DNA from: a virus
Lineage: Duplodnaviria > Caudoviricetes
IMG/VR virus record: IMGVR_UViG_3300033067_000224
Location: 1 to 52,481 of that record
Direction: 5' to 3' (one strand)
Length of the DNA: 52,481 bases
The position numbers and the translations under genes are program-made. Positions 46,053 through 52,481 of the stretch are shown here, piece after piece (the stretch's first letter is position 1; each line of letters begins with the position of its first letter). The notes below the pieces were generated by a model. That model saw only the letters and a program-made list of their open reading frames with translations. It was not told where the DNA came from and did not search any database.

Positions 46053-47174
46053 TCAGCTGGCCACGTAGCAAGAGATCACACCGAAGTCTTCGACTGCGTT
46101 GTTCTCGTAGATGTTGCCAAACTTCGGCTTCAGGAAACCGAGGATCTTGCCGACGGCGATACCCTGGGAGTTGCCGTAGTCGAACTCTTCCTCGTTCCAG
46201 ATCGGAGCACCGATGTCCGCCATGCCGAGTGCCTGGGCACCGCAGAACAACATCTGGCAGCCGTTGATCGTGCCACCAGCACCGTACTTGCCCGAAGACA
46301 GGCCGGAGGTGTTGGGCACATGACGGAACTCATGCAGGTAAATGCCGTCGATCTTGACGGTGTCACCGCTGAAGAGCTTGTCGTTGACGCCAGAGTTCTG
46401 GCTGTAGCGCAGGTTGGCGTTGTAGTCCGCATCTTGCTTGAGCTTGGCCATGGCCTGGGGCGTCAAGAAGGCGTGGAACGTCTCTTGGCCACCTTCGCCA
46501 CCGACGCCGCGCATGTAGCGGTCTTTGGCGTAGGCCTTGAGCTGAACGAACGTCTTCCACTGGGGGAAGTCTGCAGCGCCGACATCAGCAGAGGTGTTCG
46601 TACCGGTAGCACTGGTGTGCAGCGTGCCGGTCGTAGCGTTCCAGCGGGTCACACGGCGAGTGGACGGAGCAGCGACGTCAGCGTTGAACTCCAGGTATTG
46701 GAGGTCAGAGCCGACACGGGTCGCGCCGTTGGGCTTGTAGGCGTAGCTGATACCAGCCAGCGTCTGGAACGCCATCTGGTCGATACGGTCTGCCAGCCAG
46801 TAAGCCAACACGTTCTTACTGTTCTCACGGAAGCTGACGATCGATTTTTGGTCGGCCATGCGACCTTCGTGACGGTTAGCGTGACGGAGCTGATCGATGC
46901 GGATGACTTGTTCGAAGGTTTGCATGCCTTCTTCGTTACCCAGCAGCGTGCGATCGCCTGCTACACCGTCGCCCTGCAGGTCTGCGAGCAAAGTGATGAC
47001 AGCGCGGGCGCCCTTCTCGGATTTCTTCAGCTCGGTGATGTGCTGAATCATTGAGTTGGAATCGGATCCAAGGAATTTGTTGATGAAGGACTGATTTCGG
47101 GCATTGCGCCACAGATCCATCGACCACAGGGTCTTTTGCTCGTTGGTGAGCAATCCAAAGTTGGTGAGCGCCAT
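46053..47174 (-). CDS. Major capsid protein, N4-gp56-like family
   Basis: MALTNFG, W..DLW..AR..SF..KF.G, ELKK..KG.....L.ADL.GDGV.GD..L.GNEE, IDQLRHA, W.EE.FDYGN..G, DFGVI; AGGAGG RBS before 47174. Confidence 0.9.
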   Translation of the reverse strand: MALTNFGLLTNEQKTLWSMDLWRNARNQSFINKFLGSDSNSMIQHITELKKSEKGARAVITLLADLQGDGVAGDRTLLGNEEGMQTFEQVIRIDQLRHANRHEGRMADQKSIVSFRENSKNVLAYWLADRIDQMAFQTLAGISYAYKPNGATRVGSDLQYLEFNADVAAPSTRRVTRWNATTGTLHTSATGTNTSADVGAADFPQWKTFVQLKAYAKDRYMRGVGGEGGQETFHAFLTPQAMAKLKQDADYNANLRYSQNSGVNDKLFSGDTVKIDGIYLHEFRHVPNTSGLSSGKYGAGGTINGCQMLFCGAQALGMADIGAPIWNEEEFDYGNSQGIAVGKILGFLKPKFGNIYENNAVEDFGVISCYVAS

Positions 47175-47297
47175 TCGGCACCTCCTATTACTAGACAACA
47201 TGAAACAAACTGGCTCGTTCGAGCCCCTTTGCCGCATGTCGTCGCAGCTAACGGAGGTGGAGATTTATGTCGGAAACCTACCTAAACCGATACCATT

Positions 47298-47326
47298 ACT
47301 ATAGCACGTCTTTGTTAGATGTGAGA
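47298..47326 (-). promoter_or_regulatory. Putative capsid promoter: extended -10 TGCTATAGT with a motif copy (TCTCACATCTAACAAAGA) over the -35/spacer
   Basis: -10 at 47298-47306 and motif at 47309-47326, directly after the lysis-cassette terminator. Confidence 0.6.
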
Positions 47327-47328
47327 TG

Positions 47329-47363
47329 AAAAAAGGGCCTAGCGATAAAAATCTGCTAGGCCC
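47329..47363 (-). terminator. Intrinsic terminator after the lysis cassette
   Basis: GGGCCTAGC-11 nt-GCTAGGCCC followed by a T6 run on the minus strand. Confidence 0.8.
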
Positions 47364-47400
47364 AACACCGGCCACACCGCCTGTGACCAGTCGAGGGGAA

Positions 47401-47823
47401 CTATTTCGCTGCGTCTTGATACGCCTTCTGGCAAGTAATCAAGGCGAGCCGGATGGTTTCTGCTCTGGAATTTTCCCAGACAAGAAACTGGCTATCCGGT
47501 CTGTAAAGCTCGGCCCCAGTACATCCTCGCCCAGCATCTCCAGCGCTGGCAGACGCGGGCACGGCTGGACGCTCGGGGCGGTCGCGCAGGCTGTCAGTAA
47601 GAGCAGCGACAGTGCGGGCAAGTTTGGCAGTTTCACGGCGTTTATCCTCTCTGAGTTTGTCCATACTGGCCTGGAGCTCGGCTTCTTTTGTGCGCTGTGC
47701 TGCTATTAAGTCGGCTCTCTGGGCGTCAAGGTTCGCCTGAATGTCCAGCGTACCGTGCTTGTATCCAAGTGCGTACCCGATAAACAGCGCAGATATGACG
47801 GCTAAAGGGGTAAACCATTGCAT
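47401..47823 (-). CDS. Rz-like inner-membrane spanin
   Basis: N-terminal TM segment, then coiled coil, P/A linker and two Cys; follows the endolysin. Confidence 0.85.
   Translation of the reverse strand: MQWFTPLAVISALFIGYALGYKHGTLDIQANLDAQRADLIAAQRTKEAELQASMDKLREDKRRETAKLARTVAALTDSLRDRPERPAVPASASAGDAGRGCTGAELYRPDSQFLVWENSRAETIRLALITCQKAYQDAAK
47439..47636 (-). CDS. Rz1-like outer-membrane lipoprotein spanin (embedded in Rz)
   Basis: Signal peptide with lipobox LLLTA-C; Pro-rich; GAGGA RBS; nested in a different frame of Rz. Confidence 0.8.
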   Translation of the reverse strand: MKLPNLPALSLLLLTACATAPSVQPCPRLPALEMLGEDVLGPSFTDRIASFLSGKIPEQKPSGSP

Positions 47824-48296
47824 CACTGCACCCCCGCAAGGCAGACCTGGCGCTCCATCTCCCGGCGCTTAGTCAGCCCTGATAGGGGTACTGAGACTCC
47901 GGCCACGGTAGCGCGGTTCCAGCGCGGTAGCTGGTCGCAGGCCTCTCTGTACTTTCCTGCTGCAAGAAGGCGAGCTGCAGTTGAGCGGGTGCTGTCGCAG
48001 GCGATGTGTTCTCCGACGTTAAACGCCGCATCGCTGAAGCTCGCCAGTACGTTGATCGGAAGCCCTGGCCTGCACGAGTCCAACCGCGATACGACATCTC
48101 CCATCTCCTTGTTCAACAACGCTTTACACTCAGCAACTGTATAAACCTTCGACTTGTCCACGTGCTTCGTGTGTCCTACGCAGACCGTAGCTATCCCAAC
48201 AGGGTCGAAGTACCAGCGGGTGAATATGCCCTCCGCCGGGATCGCCAACGCTGTGGCCAGTGATAACGCGGCTGCTTTGCGTTGTGCCGGGGTCAT
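47823..48296 (-). CDS. SAR-type endolysin (GH24 / T4-lysozyme family)
   Basis: Ala-rich N-terminal anchor then E-x8-D-x5-T (EGIFTRWYFDPVGIATVCVGHT), FNVG, GL..RR..ER..CL. Confidence 0.9.
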   Translation of the reverse strand: MTPAQRKAAALSLATALAIPAEGIFTRWYFDPVGIATVCVGHTKHVDKSKVYTVAECKALLNKEMGDVVSRLDSCRPGLPINVLASFSDAAFNVGEHIACDSTRSTAARLLAAGKYREACDQLPRWNRATVAGVSVPLSGLTKRREMERQVCLAGVQ

Positions 48297-48454
48297 TCAG
48301 TAGCCTCGATCTTCGCCTTTTGCTCTTTCCACTCTCTGCAGGAGCACAGCCGCGCTTCTTCAATCATCCGCTCGGTAGCCTCAATCCGTGCGACCAGCGT
48401 CTCGAACGTCTGGGCCATCGTCTCCATGATCGCCATGGTCATCTGTTCGTCCAT
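48293..48454 (-). CDS. Small hypothetical protein (53 aa; absent from the ORF track)
   Basis: MDEQMTMAIMETMAQTFETLVARIEATERMIEEARLCSCREWKEQKAKIEATE; stop overlaps the endolysin ATG (ATGA). Confidence 0.6.
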   Translation of the reverse strand: MDEQMTMAIMETMAQTFETLVARIEATERMIEEARLCSCREWKEQKAKIEATE

Positions 48455-48553
48455 CAAAACCTCACGTCAAGAAATACGACTGCGGCTAGGCCGGCAGCAG
48501 CGATGAGCGCAACTACCCCCTAGCCAGATCAGATCAACGAGGTCGTCGTTCAT
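48454..48553 (-). pseudogene. 32-aa single-TM membrane protein gene interrupted by an extra G in a G5 run
   Basis: MNDDLVDLIWLG continues in the shifted frame as VVALIAAAGLAAVVFLDVRF*; that stop overlaps the next ATG. Confidence 0.55.
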
Positions 48554-48554
48554 G

Positions 48555-48911
48555 TCATTTCGGGGGCTTGATGGCATACCAGATGCCGATCAGGATCGAT
48601 GTCGGTGGACCGAGCCACATGACGATGCGTCGCAGCCACTTGCCGAGCCACCCGACTGCGCGGAAGAACCCTTTGCCCGTCTGGATTATTTCGAGCAGTT
48701 CGACGGTCGCCTTGTTGTTGATGTCCAGCTTGCCTTCGATGCAGTCCATACGAGCTTTGCCGTCCGCCAGCTCCTCAAAGATCGAGTCCATCGTCTTCTG
48801 GACATCGAGCAGTTTGAAGCAGTCGTTCGGCGTGTGCCAGCCTTCACGACGCTCGCCCCGGCGCTGCTCCCCTGTAGCCTCAGTCACGATGGGTGGGATT
48901 TCAGGGGTCAT
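48555..48911 (-). CDS. Putative holin (C-terminal TM segment)
   Basis: Coiled coil, then amphipathic/hydrophobic FFRAVGWLGKWLRRIVMWLGPPTSILIGIWYAIK; first gene of the lysis cassette. Confidence 0.55.
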   Translation of the reverse strand: MTPEIPPIVTEATGEQRRGERREGWHTPNDCFKLLDVQKTMDSIFEELADGKARMDCIEGKLDINNKATVELLEIIQTGKGFFRAVGWLGKWLRRIVMWLGPPTSILIGIWYAIKPPK

Positions 48912-48932
48912 GGCAGCACCTCGGTTGTAGTT

Positions 48933-49862
48933 TTAGAGCTCGTCGCCGCGCAGACGTGCCAGGGTGTCGGCATCGATCTTGGCGAAGTCCTTCTGGCTCA
49001 GCTTCATAATCGACTGGGCGTCCAGCACCGCCCCCATCTTCTCGCTGTCGACGCCAACGGCACCCATGCGCGGCGGGGTTTTCGCCACGGCGTCGCGGGT
49101 CTTACCGACCGCGCTGGCCTTGCGCTCAGCCGCCACGTCCTTGTCGGAGACCTTCGGGGCCACGGTGGTGGCCAGCTCCTGCTTCGTCGTGCGTGGCTCC
49201 ACCAGGGCTTTGACGGCCTTCTGGAGGGACACCGTGGGGGTGTACCCCTTGAGCTTGTACGCCTCCATCAGATCGACGACTTCATCTGAGAGGTCGGCGT
49301 CGAAGGACTCGTGGTCAGGGTTCAGCGTCGGGAATGCTGCTTCGACGCGCTCAAGGGCGGTGTTGAATCGCACGCGCTCGGTGGCCCGGATCTCAGCCGC
49401 CTGGATCTTCAGGTCGCCCTTGTACTCAGTGATCTGGCGCTCGGTATGACGAATCTTCTGCATCAGCGCGGCAGCCTTGTCGATCTCCCCGTCGCTCAAG
49501 AGCCGTGTGTGCTCTTTCTCCATGGTCAAGATCGAGTTCTCAGCAGCTGTGAGCTCAGCGTTCATGTCCGCGATCTGACCGCCCTGCTGGTACTTCGCCA
49601 GCTGACGCTCCAGGTCTGCGCGCTTCTCGCGCTCTTTCTCGAGGATCGCCTTGTGCCGAGACTCAGGGATGCGCGCCTCGCGCTTCTTCTCGTCTTTCTC
49701 GGCCTTCTCCTCTTTGTCGTCGTCTAACTCAGATGTTAGATCGTCGGCTACTTTTTGAGCGTCCGGGTGCTCTACCTCGGGCTTAGGTTCTGGGAGCACA
49801 TCGCCTCGTTTGAGGGCTTCGGTGTCGGGCTCGAGCAGGGTGGTGTCGTTGATATCAGGCAT
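48933..49862 (-). CDS. Capsid scaffolding protein
   Basis: Acidic N-terminus, RIP.SR coiled coil, C-terminal MKLSQKDFAK....LARLRGD; lies between portal and capsid; contains a motif copy at 49723-49740. Confidence 0.8.
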   Translation of the reverse strand: MPDINDTTLLEPDTEALKRGDVLPEPKPEVEHPDAQKVADDLTSELDDDKEEKAEKDEKKREARIPESRHKAILEKEREKRADLERQLAKYQQGGQIADMNAELTAAENSILTMEKEHTRLLSDGEIDKAAALMQKIRHTERQITEYKGDLKIQAAEIRATERVRFNTALERVEAAFPTLNPDHESFDADLSDEVVDLMEAYKLKGYTPTVSLQKAVKALVEPRTTKQELATTVAPKVSDKDVAAERKASAVGKTRDAVAKTPPRMGAVGVDSEKMGAVLDAQSIMKLSQKDFAKIDADTLARLRGDEL

Positions 49863-49879
49863 GGTGTGTCAGTGGTGGG

Positions 49880-50266
49880 TTAAGCGGAGAGTTGTTGTTT
49901 CAGCGCATAGCCCATGAGGGGCCATATTTTTTGCACGGCGTTGGCGCGGGCGATTTTGCGGCCCACTTCTGCATCGAAGTTTTCTGGCGAGGCGCAGGCT
50001 GATTCGCCCGCCACGGTGAATCCGTTGCGCAGGACCATGACGCAGAATGTCAATAACTTTAGCTCACCATGCATACCTGTCAGTCTGGTAAGTTCGTCTT
50101 GCTCAGAGAATGCGGCTTGAACACCTTGCTCTGCCGTAAAGTAATACTCGCCTTCGATGTTCGCTTCGATGTCAGCGGGCGTGACGCGCGGGGCGGTCAG
50201 ACCTTTGGCCTGAATCTCTTGTTCGATGCCATCGTCGCAGGTCCGGGGGGAAGAGATGTGGTTCAT
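49880..50266 (-). CDS. N4 Gp49 / Sf6 gp66 family protein
   Basis: APRVTP.DIE..I..EYY, LTFCV.VLRNGFTV.GESACASPENFDAE.G.KIAR.NA..KIW.L.GY.LK. Confidence 0.9.
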   Translation of the reverse strand: MNHISSPRTCDDGIEQEIQAKGLTAPRVTPADIEANIEGEYYFTAEQGVQAAFSEQDELTRLTGMHGELKLLTFCVMVLRNGFTVAGESACASPENFDAEVGRKIARANAVQKIWPLMGYALKQQLSA

Positions 50267-50278
50267 AGTGTGTCGTGG

Positions 50279-52468
50279 TTAGGTGTTCGATCGTGGCGCG
50301 GGTTTCAACGCCGCCTGCGCCGCCTGTTGTTCCGCCTGGCGTCTGGCGTCCATGCGCTTCTGCGCCATGTCCTGCTGCTTGAGCATGAGCTCGTCCTGGC
50401 TCTGCTGTACCTTGAGCGCGTGCTCGCGCTCGGCTATAGACATCTTGTGCTGGGCGAGCTGCTCATCCATGCCCATCTTGTGCTCAGCGGTCTGGGCCTT
50501 CACCTGGACCTCAGCCATCTTCGCCTGCGCACTGCCGTCGTCTGGTTCACCATTCTGGAGCACCTCGGTCTTCGCCAGGGTCTCCTGGGTCTTCGCACCC
50601 TTGAGCTGGGCGTCGGCTGACTTCTGCTGGGCCTCGGCCTGGGTCTTGGCCAGCTCTGCCTGCATCCCAGCCTGCTGCAGCTGGGCCTGGGCCTGAGCCT
50701 CTGGGCTGTTCGCCATCGCCTGCATCTTCTGGATGATCTCCTTCTTGTGCTGCAGGCGGCTAGAGTCGATGAGCACCTCGTCAGGAATCTGGATGCCGGC
50801 CTCGCGCAGAGCCATGGCCTGCTCGAACTGACTGTCCTCGAGGGTTTCGCGCACGGGTATGGATGTGACGACCACGTCGTACTCACCGAGCGTCAGGTCG
50901 TTGATGATCTCCTGGTACGGAGACTCCGGTGGCTCCATGCCGGTCTCCGGCTCGGGGTTCGGCTGGTTGATGGCGAAGGTCTCTGTGTCACCCGTGGTGT
51001 GGTCGTGGGTGATCGACATCAGACGCGGTTCGGTGTAAAACTCCTGAACAAGGTCAAGAATGTTCCGCGCCAAGATACCATCGGTGCGCACGAGGTTGTC
51101 CAGGGGCTTGACGAGATTCGTCGATCCAGCCTTCTGCTTCGCCTGGATGGCTTTCGCAGCGACATCAGCCCGATCCATCCCCTGCATCGAATCAGAGATG
51201 CCTGAAATCGTCTTGATCGACTCTTCGGCCTTGTAGCTGATTCGGTCCAGGCCCTGCGGCACCTGGTTTGGAGCGATCTTCTGGACATCTTTGTCGGGGT
51301 CGCCGTTGACCTCAATAACCAGACCCGTTTGTGCACCCTTCTCCTCCAGTTCTTCCACAGTCATGTTCGTCAAGGCGCCTGCGCGCACTTTGTAGCCGCT
51401 GTTCGCCGTGGTGTTCACCACGTGCAGCTCCTGGGAGGTGACCTTATTCAGGAGCTCCTGGGGGCCGATCAGGTTCTCGACAAGACCAATAGTGCGTCCG
51501 CGACGGAAGTGAGGAAAATAGGGTACCACAGTGAAGTGCTTGTACGGCGACCAGTCGTCATGGAGTACGACGTTGTCAGCAACGACCGTCCACCGGATAC
51601 GACGTACGAGCTTGGGGACGACCTGTAAGCCATAGTTGTCGACGAAGAAGGCGATGCGGTCACGGTTGAACTCCTCTGGTACAGGGCGCATGTCGCCCGT
51701 CTGCGGGTCAAGGAAGTGTTTCTGCCGATCGATCTGGCGGTACTGCCGCTCGATGACCCGAATGTTCCTGACTGTCGTGGTGTCCCCGCCTGCCTCGGCG
51801 TAGGCTGTGTTCGTTGGGTCACCGAAGCGGTCCCGGTGCAGCATCATGCTGTCGAAGGAGTACGTGAGGCTTGAGCCCACTTTACTGCGCAGCTCGTCAG
51901 CGTCTTCTTTACTATAGAGCACAGCGATGTCATCAGCAGTGAGCCACTTACTGATGAACACCTCACTCCACTTGTCCGGGTCATAGTCTTCACCGTCAGG
52001 GTCCACGATGACGTTCTTCGGGTTCAGGTTTGAAATCGACACCTCGCCCTGCATACTGTCACCGTAGTCCAGGCGCACATCGAGGAAGCCACGCCCAGTA
52101 ATGATCCCGTCGGCGAACATCTCTGAGCGTTTCCAGTCGAGCTGGCAGTTGTCGCTGATCTGTTTGTAGACCTTGTTCAGGATGTCAGCAGTGTCTGGGT
52201 CCGAACCACCACGTGGGCGGAACGAGATCTCCGAGCGGTTGTTGATCTGCTCGCCCATCACGTTCGCTACTGTCGAGAGGATCTTGTTTATCGTCAGGGC
52301 TGGGCGCTGGACAGCTGCGAGCTTCGCGCGGTCCCCAGGCTCCCACTGATCACCAGCGAAGAAGCGCTCACACTTATCGGCCTTGTGGACATACTTCGCA
52401 TGCCCGACATCTCGGCAGTAGACGAACCGGCGCCAGGTTTTTAGAGCGAGTTCTGCGTTGACGGGCAT
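50279..52468 (-). CDS. Portal protein (P22/N4-like, with long C-terminal barrel)
   Basis: FF.GDQW, RPALTINKI, G.I.GRG, P.VPY, G.V..L..PQ..LNK, and a Q/A-rich C-terminal coiled coil; AGGAG RBS. Confidence 0.92.
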   Translation of the reverse strand: MPVNAELALKTWRRFVYCRDVGHAKYVHKADKCERFFAGDQWEPGDRAKLAAVQRPALTINKILSTVANVMGEQINNRSEISFRPRGGSDPDTADILNKVYKQISDNCQLDWKRSEMFADGIITGRGFLDVRLDYGDSMQGEVSISNLNPKNVIVDPDGEDYDPDKWSEVFISKWLTADDIAVLYSKEDADELRSKVGSSLTYSFDSMMLHRDRFGDPTNTAYAEAGGDTTTVRNIRVIERQYRQIDRQKHFLDPQTGDMRPVPEEFNRDRIAFFVDNYGLQVVPKLVRRIRWTVVADNVVLHDDWSPYKHFTVVPYFPHFRRGRTIGLVENLIGPQELLNKVTSQELHVVNTTANSGYKVRAGALTNMTVEELEEKGAQTGLVIEVNGDPDKDVQKIAPNQVPQGLDRISYKAEESIKTISGISDSMQGMDRADVAAKAIQAKQKAGSTNLVKPLDNLVRTDGILARNILDLVQEFYTEPRLMSITHDHTTGDTETFAINQPNPEPETGMEPPESPYQEIINDLTLGEYDVVVTSIPVRETLEDSQFEQAMALREAGIQIPDEVLIDSSRLQHKKEIIQKMQAMANSPEAQAQAQLQQAGMQAELAKTQAEAQQKSADAQLKGAKTQETLAKTEVLQNGEPDDGSAQAKMAEVQVKAQTAEHKMGMDEQLAQHKMSIAEREHALKVQQSQDELMLKQQDMAQKRMDARRQAEQQAAQAALKPAPRSNT

Positions 52469-52481
52469 TTACTTGTCTCCT

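Noticed and set aside
45534-47054. 506-aa plus-strand ORF antisense to the capsid genes
   Set aside because: Typical stop-free antisense frame of a strongly GC3-biased gene; no protein features
47401-47823. Nested out-of-frame gene in the spanin
   Set aside because: Real, but it is the well-known Rz/Rz1 embedded architecture and not novel
1-52481. tRNA, rRNA, integrase, terminase and primase genes
   Set aside because: None recognised by eye; terminase and primase probably lie outside the window edges, so lifestyle cannot be determined here

Overview
This window is most of the genome of a GC-rich, podovirus-type tailed dsDNA phage. The host is probably a Gram-negative proteobacterium, judging by the SAR endolysin, the Rz/Rz1 spanins and the DnaA boxes. 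Two arms converge on an AT-rich non-coding gap at about 16.6-16.9 kb. The + strand arm (1-16.6 kb) carries replication, nucleotide-metabolism and accessory genes: a Cas4-like nuclease, a SNF2 helicase, a family A DNA polymerase, an SSB-like protein, a DEDDh exonuclease, an ATP-dependent ligase, ThyX and DUF932. The - strand arm (52.5 to 16.9 kb) carries the portal, scaffold, lysis cassette, N4-gp56-type capsid, tail and LamG proteins, and a 2939-aa ejected/polyvalent-type virion protein. The most striking feature is a 312-aa intein in the DNA polymerase (6506-7441). Its in-frame central region has no recognisable endonuclease, but a complete HNH homing endonuclease gene is overprinted inside it in the +1 frame (6729-7376) with a candidate RBS of its own. 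Second, an 18-bp motif TCTMACATCTRANNWAGA occurs 11 times, always co-oriented with transcription, like a stoperator/operator system; an unannotated 44-aa HTH ORF is a candidate binder. Other observations: a cluster of three perfect DnaA boxes, an RNAP alpha-CTD mimic, a repeat-flanked domain cassette in the giant virion protein, a 292-bp tandem duplication, a (TAC)10 tract in the convergence gap, and a homopolymer-frameshifted small membrane gene in the lysis cassette. All assignments come from reading motifs by eye; no database searches were run.
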